DNA of 64,000 nt, taken from Bryobacterales bacterium (GTDB taxonomy: Bacteria; Acidobacteriota; Terriglobia; Bryobacterales; Bryobacteraceae). Shown piece after piece: positions 1-8,193 of the stretch. The translations under genes and the position numbers were made by a program. The stretch covers positions 478,846-542,845 of the forward strand of contig CAWCDJ010000007.1 of assembly GCA_963794265.1 (NCBI GenBank). The letters run 5' to 3'. Each line of letters starts with the position of its first letter. The stretch's first letter is position 1. Below the pieces are notes generated by a model. The model worked only from the letters and a program-made list of their open reading frames with translations, had not been told where the DNA came from and made no database searches.

Positions 1-560
1 CCGAATGGGACCCCATCCGGCTGCGGAGGCGCATGGGCTATGTCATCCAGGATTCGGGTCTCTTCCCGCACTGGACCGTGGAGCAAAACGTAGGCCTCGT
101 GCCGCGCCTGGAAAAGTGGCCGGCGGCGCGGATCGCCGGCCGCGTCGAGGAACTGCTCGACGCGGTCGGCCTGGAGCCGCGCGAATTCCGCGCCAGGCTG
201 CCCCGAGAGCTCTCGGGCGGCCAGAAACAGCGCGTCGGCATCGCCCGCGCGCTGGCCGCGGAGCCGCCCCTGCTGCTGCTTGACGAACCCTTCGCCGCGC
301 TTGACCCGATCACCCGGTTCGAACTACAGCGCCAGTTTCTCGAGTTGCGGAACTCCGTCCGCACCGCTTCCCTGTTCGTAACCCACGACGTGCGCGAAGC
401 GCTCATGGTCGGTACCCGCATCGCGCTGCTCAAGGACGGAGTCCTGGATGTGCTGGCGGAACCGGCCGCTTTTCTGGATGCGGATACCGAGGAGGCGCGG
501 GCCTTTCTGGCCGCCCTCGAAGAACCCTGGAGGCCTGGTGAACGGCACACTCTCTTCTGA
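1..560 (+). CDS. ABC transporter ATP-binding subunit (osmoprotectant/glycine-betaine type), 5' end outside window
   Basis: The frame is open from the window edge (codons from nt 3 read EWDPIRLRRRMGYVIQDSGLFPHWTV, a Q-loop region). ABC signature LSGGQKQRVGIARAL and Walker B LLLLDEP are present. A permease and a betaine-type binding protein follow. Confidence 0.9.
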   Translation, partial: EWDPIRLRRRMGYVIQDSGLFPHWTVEQNVGLVPRLEKWPAARIAGRVEELLDAVGLEPREFRARLPRELSGGQKQRVGIARALAAEPPLLLLDEPFAALDPITRFELQRQFLELRNSVRTASLFVTHDVREALMVGTRIALLKDGVLDVLAEPAAFLDADTEEARAFLAALEEPWRPGERHTLF

Positions 561-1155
561 AATTCTGGCGCTCTCTCTGGAGCACCTGGAACTGGTTCTG
601 CTGGCGCTCGCGATCGCCGCGTCTGCCGGACTGCCGGCGGCGGTGCTGCTCACCCGGCGGCCGGCCAGCCGCCGCTGGGTGATGAGCTTCGCCAATATCG
701 CGCAGACCGTTCCCAGCTTGGCCCTGTTCGGGTTTCTGCTGCCGCTTCCGTTCATCGGCGGAATCGGCAAGCGCACCGCCGTGGTGGCGCTGTGTCTCTA
801 CGCCCTGCTTCCCATCCTCCGCAACACCCTCACCGGAATCCTGGGGGTGGACCAGGCGGTTCGGGAATCTGCGGCGGCCATGGGGATGACCCGAAACCAG
901 GTGCTCTGGCAAGTGGAACTTCCGCTGGCGGTGCCCTCTATCGTGGCTGGCCTGCGAATTGCCGCGGTGGCCACGATCGGGACCGCCACCATCGCGGCAG
1001 CCATTGGCGGAGGCGGCCTGGGGGTCTTCATCTTTCGCGGGATCTCGATGGCCGATACCCGCACCATCATGGCCGGGGCCGTGCCGGCGGCGGTGATGGC
1101 CCTGTTGGCGGACGAAGGGTTGGAATGGATCGAGCGAAGGCTGTCTCGGGCCTGA
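538..1155 (+). CDS. ABC transporter permease (osmoprotectant type)
   Basis: Multi-span hydrophobic protein with a permease EAA-like loop (ESAAAMGMTRNQVLWQVELPLAVPSI). GTG 538 lies just before the ATPase stop. The ORF-track start at 448 would overlap the ATPase gene by more than 100 nt. Confidence 0.8.
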   Translation: MNGTLSSEILALSLEHLELVLLALAIAASAGLPAAVLLTRRPASRRWVMSFANIAQTVPSLALFGFLLPLPFIGGIGKRTAVVALCLYALLPILRNTLTGILGVDQAVRESAAAMGMTRNQVLWQVELPLAVPSIVAGLRIAAVATIGTATIAAAIGGGGLGVFIFRGISMADTRTIMAGAVPAAVMALLADEGLEWIERRLSRA

Positions 1156-1982
1156 TCGCGTTGCTGCTGGCCGCCTGCGGGAGGCCGGCACGTATCGTGG
1201 TGGGCTCAAAGAACTTTACGGAACAGGTGCTGCTGGGCGAAATCCTGGCACAGCAGATCGAGCGGCGGCTGGGCGTCCCGGTGGAGCGCAAGCTCGATCT
1301 GGGAGGTACGCTGCTGGCGCAGGAAGCGCTGGTGCGCGGCGATATCGACCTGTATCCCGAATACACCGGTACGGCGCTCACCGCGGTTCTCAAGCAGGCG
1401 CCGGTCGCCGGACCCGCCGCCGCATTCGACCAGGTGCGCGGGGAATATCTGCGCCGGTGGGGCCTGGAGTGGCTCCCGCCCCTTGGTTTCAACGATACGT
1501 TCGCGATGATTGTCACCCGCCGGACGGCTTCCGCCGCGGGTCTTTCGACCTTGTCCGAAGCCTCCCGCGCGCGGACCTGGCGGCTGGGCGCCGGCTACGA
1601 GTTCGAGCAGCGTCCCGACGGACTCGACGGCCTCCTCAGGACTTACGGCCTTCGCCTCGAGGGCGCACCCATCTCCATGGACCTCGGACTTCTGTACCAG
1701 GCCCTGATTTCCGGCAAAGTGGATATGATTGCCGCCAATTCGACGGATGGGCTGGCTTCGGTCCTTCCCGTGACGATTCTCCGGGACGACCGCCATTACT
1801 TTCCGCCCTATCAATGCGCGGTAGTGGTCCGTCAGGAAGCCCTCCAGCGAAATCCGCGGTTGAAATCAGCCCTGATGGAGCTTTCCGGCCGGATTTCGGA
1901 TGCCGCGATGAGGGATCTCAATTATCAGGTCGATGGACTCCACCGGCCCGTACCGGAAGTGGCCCGTTCCTTTCTGCAATAG
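1125..1982 (+). CDS. glycine betaine/choline-type ABC substrate-binding lipoprotein
   Basis: ATG 1125 gives the lipoprotein signal MDRAKAVSGLIALLLAAC. The body resembles OpuBC/OpuCC-type binding proteins (IVVGSKNFTEQVLLGEI, DLYPEYTGT, MIAANSTDG). The ORF-track start at 792 is an in-frame extension overlapping the permease. Confidence 0.85.
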   Translation: MDRAKAVSGLIALLLAACGRPARIVVGSKNFTEQVLLGEILAQQIERRLGVPVERKLDLGGTLLAQEALVRGDIDLYPEYTGTALTAVLKQAPVAGPAAAFDQVRGEYLRRWGLEWLPPLGFNDTFAMIVTRRTASAAGLSTLSEASRARTWRLGAGYEFEQRPDGLDGLLRTYGLRLEGAPISMDLGLLYQALISGKVDMIAANSTDGLASVLPVTILRDDRHYFPPYQCAVVVRQEALQRNPRLKSALMELSGRISDAAMRDLNYQVDGLHRPVPEVARSFLQ

Positions 1983-2078
1983 TAGTACTATCAGTACAGA
2001 TATGGTACATTGCTAACTTCCTTCCGGAATAGCCTGAACCGATCATTGAGTTTCGACCACTAAACTCCGGTTATCAAC

Positions 2079-2279
2079 ATGCTGCGCGCTCTCGGATGTC
2101 TCGGATTAGGAGGAGGATTTCTGATAATCTCCCCCAATCTCAGGGAAACACTGTCGGACGGGTTCGACCGTGGGATTCGTACGATGGATCAGAACAGCCC
2201 CTGGTCGTATGTCGGCGCAGGGGTGCTCACCCTGTTTATCTTGATGGTTTACCTGTATAGGGCGGCGCAACCGCGCTAG
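2079..2279 (+). CDS. hypothetical small membrane protein
   Basis: 66-aa ORF with two hydrophobic segments. No family recognised and no clear ribosome-binding site. Confidence 0.3.
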   Translation: MLRALGCLGLGGGFLIISPNLRETLSDGFDRGIRTMDQNSPWSYVGAGVLTLFILMVYLYRAAQPR

Positions 2280-2286
2280 GAATCGT

Positions 2287-2790
2287 TCAGACCGCCTTCG
2301 CCCTGCGCGAGGCAGTGCGCGTTTCGGAACGTGCGGGCTTGCGTTCGGCCGCCGCGCTCAGCCTTTTTACCTGATCGGTCACGCACACCAGGAACATCGG
2401 CTGGCGGGCATTCTTCAACAGGTCGATGATCCGGTTGGGAGCGTCCTCGAGATAAATCGTCTTACCGTCGGTCAGCAGGTGAATGTCGGAAGAAGCCTCC
2501 AGCGCTTCGCTCAGGCGTTTTCCCATATCTTTTTGCAGGAAGCGGAGAACGCGACGGATCTTCTGCAGCGAAAACCCCTTGCGCCGGAGCTCGGCGATCA
2601 CCGAGATCTCTACCACCTCTTCGGCCATGTAAATGCGCTTGTGGCCGTCCTGTTTCGGGGAAACGACATTGCGCTCGTCCCACCACTGCAATTGTCGAAG
2701 GCTGACTCCGCAGATGCGGGCGACGTCGCTACTGTTGAAACCCCCGCCTTCCGACGGAGAGGATTGAGGGGACTTCCTGCCTTTGAACAT
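2287..2790 (-). CDS. MerR family transcriptional regulator
   Basis: N-terminal MerR-type helix-turn-helix (FNSSDVARICGVSLRQLQWWDERNVVSP...RIYMAEEVVEISVIAELRRKGFSLQKIR). Confidence 0.85.
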   Translation of the reverse strand: MFKGRKSPQSSPSEGGGFNSSDVARICGVSLRQLQWWDERNVVSPKQDGHKRIYMAEEVVEISVIAELRRKGFSLQKIRRVLRFLQKDMGKRLSEALEASSDIHLLTDGKTIYLEDAPNRIIDLLKNARQPMFLVCVTDQVKRLSAAAERKPARSETRTASRRAKAV

Positions 2791-3012
2791 TATTCGCCAC
2801 TTCCGTTGTTAAATTAGTGCCACTTTGGATTGTACATGGGACACAGGCGGTGTCAATAGGGCGGTCGGAAGAGAATCGGGAAGTTTATATCCGAATCCTC
2901 TCGTGATCGTGCTCACGGTTGCCCGAGTAACGCTGTGCGGAGTCGCACCAGCACGCCCCTCCGCACAGGCATTTCCGCCAAACCCGCCAGTACACTGGGA
3001 TGGGAGGAACCC

Positions 3013-3294
3013 ATGGCATCAAATATGGGCAATGGAAGCAACCAGCTGATCTGGATCGGAATCGCGGCGGGAACTGCGATCGGAATCGGAATTGCGCTGT
3101 CACGCCGGAAGCCGGCATCCGGGTGGGATACGGCACGCGACGTCACCAAGCGGATGGCCGATCGCTCCGGCGATCTCGCGGATGCGACCAAAGACATCAT
3201 GGAGCGCATGAAGACGATCTACGAAGAAGGCCGGCGCGTGGTAGAGGATGCCGCCCAACTCTGGGAGCAAGGCCGCAAACTGGTCCGCGTATAG
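3013..3294 (+). CDS. YtxH-like small membrane-anchored protein (tentative family)
   Basis: ATG 3013 is preceded by GGGAGGA. One TM helix (LIWIGIAAGTAIGIGIAL) is followed by a charged helical tail. The gene is divergent from the MerR gene. Confidence 0.5.
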   Translation: MASNMGNGSNQLIWIGIAAGTAIGIGIALSRRKPASGWDTARDVTKRMADRSGDLADATKDIMERMKTIYEEGRRVVEDAAQLWEQGRKLVRV

Positions 3295-3349
3295 CGGCTC
3301 CGTGGAGCCGGCCTTCCGGCGTGTGCCGGAAGGCGCTGCCCACGGCAAT

Positions 3350-6300
3350 CTAGTTCAGCGATGCGAGGACGCTTCTGGCCCCCACCAGATCTGGACTGAT
3401 CTCTACCGCCTGGCTCAGTTCCGCTTTCGCCTGCGCCTGCTCGTCGAGGCCGAGGTATCCGAGTCCGGTCAGGTAATGTGCGTTAGCGGATTGCGCCCGT
3501 GAGGACAGTGCACGGCCTTGCCTGCCGGCCTGTGCCGGCCGCGCAAGATCGTTCTTTCCAGTCTCCACCAGGTTTTCGAACGCAGCCTTGGCCTGGTCGT
3601 TCCGGCCGAGCTTTTGTAGAGCCAGGGCCGTGTAGTACGACTGGGCACTGCCAGTGATTGCGCGGCCGCGACGGCGGCCTGCTGAGGTTTCGCGCGGTGC
3701 GACGGCTTTATTCCAGGCCTCGAGCGCTTTCTGGTGATCGCCGAGTCCTTCGTAAGCCACTCCTGTCCAGTATGAAACTTCCGCGTTCCGCGCGCCGGCA
3801 CCGAATCCCAGTGGCAGATTGGACGGGACATCGACCGCCGCTTTCAGATCGGCCAAAGCTTCCTGGTACCGCTTGGCCTTAATGTTCGTCTGGCTGCGCA
3901 GGATGTGGGCATCCGTCCAGTGCTCCGCCACGTTCAGGTTGGCGCCTTCCGCCACGGCGAACGGCCGGCCCGTCATCATCCCGATGGCTTCGTCGTAGTT
4001 ACCCAAAGCCACCTTCAATGCGATGGCCCGATTTTCGGCATCGTCCCGGCGCGCGACCACCGCCGCGTTCTGCTCGAACAGCTTCATGCGCTTTTCGAGC
4101 GGCGTCCCCGCCTGTTCATAGAGCTCATCGAGCTCGGTGAAATGCAGCGGGTACTTGGGGTTGAGCGAAACGGCCTTTTCCAGCTCCGCTATAGCCTTAT
4201 TCAGATCGGCGCCGGATTTCTGATGCATGTAGGCGGTCGCCAGGTTCCGGTGAACGATCGCGAAGGAGGGGTCAATGGCTTCCGAGGCTTCCCACATTTT
4301 GGCGGCTTCCCCGGGCTGCCAATCGTATAGGAGGTTGCCCAGGTAATAGGGTGCGCGCGCATCGTGCGGATTCGTGCGCACCGCCTGCCGCAGCACGTCG
4401 ATTTCCTCGTTCTGGAACGGGAAGACGTAATCCGCGGGCATCGCCTTGGCCAACTGGTAATACTCCGAGGCCCGTTGCGGCTGGCCCAGTTTTTCGGCGA
4501 AGTAGGCCAGGTAGTAGTAGGCCATGGGGTGGATTTTCGATTTGTCCGGCGCGGCCTTGGTCATCTGGAGCAGCACATCCGTACCGTCCTGCCAGAGGCC
4601 CGCGTCAAGATACTCGGCGGCAGTTTCCTGCGCGGTCGCGGGGTGCGTGTACATCGTGGAGGCCAGAGTCTTGGCAGCCGCCGCGCCTCTCGAAGCCAGC
4701 CACACCTCGGCCATGGAGCGAACGTCCAGCGGATCGGCCCGGTGAGAGGCGGCCGCCACCACTTCGAGAGCTTCCTTCGGCCGGTCGAGGTGGCGCAGCA
4801 CCGCAGCCTTCAGGTTCTGAGCCCGGATGTTCAAAGCATTGGAATCGATCGAGCGGTCGACGAAATCGAGCGCCGCGGCCATGTCCCCGCGCGAGACCGC
4901 AATCTCGGCCAGGGAATAATAGCCCGCCGCTTTCCACGCCTGACTCCACGTGGCTTTATAGAGATAGGTATAGGCTTCGTCTGTCTTTCCTTCCGCTTTT
5001 AGAACGGCGCCTAAATAGTAGATCGCCTCTCCGTCTTTGGGATCGGTGTACCGGTCGGTGAGGCGAGCCAGGGCGGTCCGCAGGTACTTCTCGGCTTCCT
5101 CGTACCGCGCCTTCCGGAAACAGGCGATGCCCATCGCGGTGTTCACGCGGGTGTCGCCCGGGTCGCGCCGCAGGGCCTCTTCCCAGTACGGAATCGGATT
5201 CACGCTGGGATCATGGAATTGCTCTGCGCGCAGCCCCGTCAGGTACAGCTCCTCATTGCTCTTGATGTCCTTGGGCGCGGCCGGCGAGGTCACCACCTTG
5301 GGCGTCGGCAACGGCTTGAGCCGGACCGGTTGGTAGGAGACGAGTTCCTTGCCGCCGTCCGAAATGGAAGCCACCAGGTCATGGGGGTCGATGCCTTCGG
5401 GCACCGGGACCTGCTTCACGTACGGTTTGCCCGGATTGATGGCGATGGTCTCGCTCAATAGCACCCGGTCTCCGGCTTTCAGCAACACCTGAGCGGCGTC
5501 GTGCGCGGACGTGGCGTAGAAGCCGACTTTCGCCGTGCCATTCGCCACCTCCAGATTGACCGCGGCATCCAGGTTGGCCTTCTTCACTCCGCCGATATCG
5601 CGGAAGGGATACCAGTTCATCGAGAACGACCGCGTCTCATAAGGTTGGAGCCAGCTATAATCCGGCTGGTTATCCGAGTAGCCCCCCACCATCAGCTCGA
5701 TATACGGGCCGTCGTTGTCGGTCAGAATTTTATCCCAGGCGCGCCCGCTGGGGCCGTTGCCCCAGGTCCAGAATTTCTTGCCGGGAACCACGTTGTGGTC
5801 CGCCACGCTCATCGTGCCGGCCTCTTTGCCGTGGTCGTAACCGGCAAAGAAATTGTCCTGGTAGTTCCATGCGAACACCGAGTTCGACTGAATATGGTTC
5901 TTGTACCAGCTGATGTCCACGCCTTTGGTGAAGTCCGCGCCGCTATACACGCTGTGGGAGATTGGCCAGTCCGTGAACACCCGTTTTGCGTGATAGACGC
6001 CGAACTGCGTACTCGGAGGAAAGATAACCTGGTAATCCTGGTCGGCGTGCACGGCCAGATTGGCGAAGCACAGCATCGTGTTCACGATCGGGGTGCGATT
6101 CAGGATGCGAACCGACGCTTCCAGGTAGGCCTTGCCCGGCCGCAGCGTGTAGCCCACCGCCCACCGCATGCGCTGCCGTACTTCCAGTTCGCCCACCCAA
6201 ACGGTCTTGCTGCCGTCGGGGTTCTCTTCCACTTTGTATTGCACGGGAAGGAAGGTGCTGGCCCGGTGGTGATGCGGGATGTTCCACTCCACGCCTCCGG

Positions 6301-6736
6301 AAATCCAGGCGCCGATCAGGCCGATCAGCGCAGGCTTGATCACGTGCTGCCGGTAGATGAAGTTGTAGTTGTTGGTCTTATCGACTCCCTCGATAATCCG
6401 GCCGCCGATCTCCGGCAGGATTCCGATGCGGATGTACTCATTCTCGAGATACACCACGGTGTAGGTCTTGTCGACTTTCTTGCCGGTGAGCGAGTCGTAC
6501 ATCGGATAGGGATAAACGGGCGCCAGCGCCCCTTGCGACTCTCTGCCGAAAAAGAACATCGGGTTGGGTTCCGGCGCGCCGGCCAGATACGTGGGGATCA
6601 CCATGGTGGTTTCCCGGACCGTCACCGAGGATGCATCGGCACCCCTCAAAAAAGACGTTCCAGCCAGCAGAACCATGGCCAGACACAACAATAGTGGGCT
6701 CGTCACCCCTTTACGGAACATGATGGCATTCTCCAA
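3350..6736 (-). CDS. secreted DUF5107 domain protein with long C-terminal TPR array
   Basis: Signal peptide (LLLCLAMVLLAGTSFLRGA). The N-terminal ~450 aa show DUF5107-like blocks (YLENEYIRIGILPEIGGRI, GGVEWNIPHHHRASTF, FWTWGNGPSG, IELMVGGYSDNQPDYSW). The rest is tandem TPR-like repeats. The start could be the internal ATG 6721. Confidence 0.8.
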   Translation of the reverse strand: MENAIMFRKGVTSPLLLCLAMVLLAGTSFLRGADASSVTVRETTMVIPTYLAGAPEPNPMFFFGRESQGALAPVYPYPMYDSLTGKKVDKTYTVVYLENEYIRIGILPEIGGRIIEGVDKTNNYNFIYRQHVIKPALIGLIGAWISGGVEWNIPHHHRASTFLPVQYKVEENPDGSKTVWVGELEVRQRMRWAVGYTLRPGKAYLEASVRILNRTPIVNTMLCFANLAVHADQDYQVIFPPSTQFGVYHAKRVFTDWPISHSVYSGADFTKGVDISWYKNHIQSNSVFAWNYQDNFFAGYDHGKEAGTMSVADHNVVPGKKFWTWGNGPSGRAWDKILTDNDGPYIELMVGGYSDNQPDYSWLQPYETRSFSMNWYPFRDIGGVKKANLDAAVNLEVANGTAKVGFYATSAHDAAQVLLKAGDRVLLSETIAINPGKPYVKQVPVPEGIDPHDLVASISDGGKELVSYQPVRLKPLPTPKVVTSPAAPKDIKSNEELYLTGLRAEQFHDPSVNPIPYWEEALRRDPGDTRVNTAMGIACFRKARYEEAEKYLRTALARLTDRYTDPKDGEAIYYLGAVLKAEGKTDEAYTYLYKATWSQAWKAAGYYSLAEIAVSRGDMAAALDFVDRSIDSNALNIRAQNLKAAVLRHLDRPKEALEVVAAASHRADPLDVRSMAEVWLASRGAAAAKTLASTMYTHPATAQETAAEYLDAGLWQDGTDVLLQMTKAAPDKSKIHPMAYYYLAYFAEKLGQPQRASEYYQLAKAMPADYVFPFQNEEIDVLRQAVRTNPHDARAPYYLGNLLYDWQPGEAAKMWEASEAIDPSFAIVHRNLATAYMHQKSGADLNKAIAELEKAVSLNPKYPLHFTELDELYEQAGTPLEKRMKLFEQNAAVVARRDDAENRAIALKVALGNYDEAIGMMTGRPFAVAEGANLNVAEHWTDAHILRSQTNIKAKRYQEALADLKAAVDVPSNLPLGFGAGARNAEVSYWTGVAYEGLGDHQKALEAWNKAVAPRETSAGRRRGRAITGSAQSYYTALALQKLGRNDQAKAAFENLVETGKNDLARPAQAGRQGRALSSRAQSANAHYLTGLGYLGLDEQAQAKAELSQAVEISPDLVGARSVLASLN

Positions 6737-6885
6737 AAAAGACCTGAAACGGCTATTGTACTCCGCAACCGGCGAGGCAGGGTACGTGTTTCCCCGGCCC
6801 TGGCTTCATCAGGCGCATTTCGCGGCCCTTAGTAATTGGTTTATACGATTGAAATAAATAGTTGTGGACCTTAATCTTAGGTATC

Positions 6886-8193
6886 ATGCGATGGATGCTT
6901 CTGGGGGCAATTCTGGGTGCTCTGGTCTCATTGCTGGCTGGTGAGGCTGTGCGGAGCGGCCTGCCTCCATTTCTCTATACGGCGGCGCCCCGATACGACG
7001 AGGCGGCCTGGAAACAAGGCGGCGAACGGTTTCCGGACGGCGCGCACCTGGTCCTGGCGACCGGCGAAACTCGGCGCGACTTGGCCCCGGGCTTCTTCGC
7101 TTCGGCGGATGCGGTGGTTTCGCACGATGGAACGCGGGTCTTATTTGCCGGACGCCGCGCCAGGCAGGATCGCTGGCAAATCTGGCAGGTGGACTTGGCG
7201 GGGGGCGCGCCGAAACGAGTGGTCGCCAGTTCCGATTCCTGTATTCGCCCGCTTTACCTCCCCGGAGGAGAGATCGTTTATACGCGGGTCACGCCTGGCG
7301 GCTCGGCGATCGAACTGGTCCGATCCGAGGGCCTGAAACCGGAAGTCCTGACCTACGCACCGGGCCGGTATCTGACCGATGACGTCCTCCAAGACGGCCG
7401 CATTCTCTTCGAATGGCGGGGCGATCTCTTCACGGTGTACCCGGACGGCACGGGCGTGGAAGCCCTGCGCTGCGATCACGGCCCTGAGCGCTCCGGAGGT
7501 CGGCAAGTTTCTTCCGGAGACGTGATCTTCAGCGTCGACGGCGGTCTTGCGCGCTTCACCTCCGCGCTGGCCACTCAGCAGAAACTGCCGCCGTCAGCAT
7601 TGGAAATCAGCGGCCCGGTTGCGGAAACGACACCCGGCCGGTGGTTGGTTGCGGCCCGGCCCCGCTCCGGCGGCGAGTACGCCATTTACACGGCTGAGCC
7701 TCGCGCCGCGGACCTATACCGCGTGGAGGCCCCGCACGGCGTCAATGCCGTGGAACCGGTGGCCCTGGCGGCACGAGTGCCGCCGCGCGATTTTCCCTCC
7801 GGCCTGGTTGCCACGCGGACCACCGGCAACCTCCTCTGTCTGAATGCGAGAGAATCGCAAACCCCCATCCAGGGAAACGTTCATTCGGTGCGGTTCTACA
7901 GCCGCAGTGCCGCCGGAAGGACGGAGTTGCTGGGGCAGACGAATGTGGCGTCGGATGGATCGTTTTACGTCGAAGTGCCCGCCGACCGGCCCATTCGCAT
8001 GGAACTCCTGAATGCCGCGGGTGTCCGCGTGCGCGCGGAGCAGCACTGGTTCTGGATGCGCCCCAGCGAACAGCGGATCTGCGTGGGTTGCCATGCCGGA
8101 CCGGAGCGGGCGCCGGAAAATAAGACCCCGGAGATCCTCACGCAAACCCTGACCCCGGTGAAGATGCTCCCAGATCATGGACGGACCCAATGA
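6886..8193 (+). CDS. secreted PD40/TolB-like beta-propeller protein with C-terminal single CxxCH haem-c module
   Basis: ATG 6886 (TTG 6862 also possible) gives the signal/TM segment MRWMLLGAILGALVSLLAG. PD40-like stretch VVSHDGTRVLFAGRRARQDRWQIWQVDLAGG is present. The C-terminal block reads DGSFYVEVPADRPIRMELLNAAG...HWFWMRPSEQRICVGCHAG, with CxxCH at nt 8080-8094. The stop overlaps the next start (ATGA 8190-8193). Confidence 0.7.
   Translation: MRWMLLGAILGALVSLLAGEAVRSGLPPFLYTAAPRYDEAAWKQGGERFPDGAHLVLATGETRRDLAPGFFASADAVVSHDGTRVLFAGRRARQDRWQIWQVDLAGGAPKRVVASSDSCIRPLYLPGGEIVYTRVTPGGSAIELVRSEGLKPEVLTYAPGRYLTDDVLQDGRILFEWRGDLFTVYPDGTGVEALRCDHGPERSGGRQVSSGDVIFSVDGGLARFTSALATQQKLPPSALEISGPVAETTPGRWLVAARPRSGGEYAIYTAEPRAADLYRVEAPHGVNAVEPVALAARVPPRDFPSGLVATRTTGNLLCLNARESQTPIQGNVHSVRFYSRSAAGRTELLGQTNVASDGSFYVEVPADRPIRMELLNAAGVRVRAEQHWFWMRPSEQRICVGCHAGPERAPENKTPEILTQTLTPVKMLPDHGRTQ

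Noticed and set aside
792-1124. Upstream in-frame extensions of real genes in the ORF track (792-1124, 9743-9817, 12693-12755, 13037-13246, 15512-15628, 34387-34467, 47505-47738, 50297-50782, 62728-62814).
   Set aside because: The extensions overlap the preceding gene or lack protein-like composition. In each case an internal ATG or GTG gives a proper signal peptide or family-typical N-terminus, often with an SD or a stop/start overlap.
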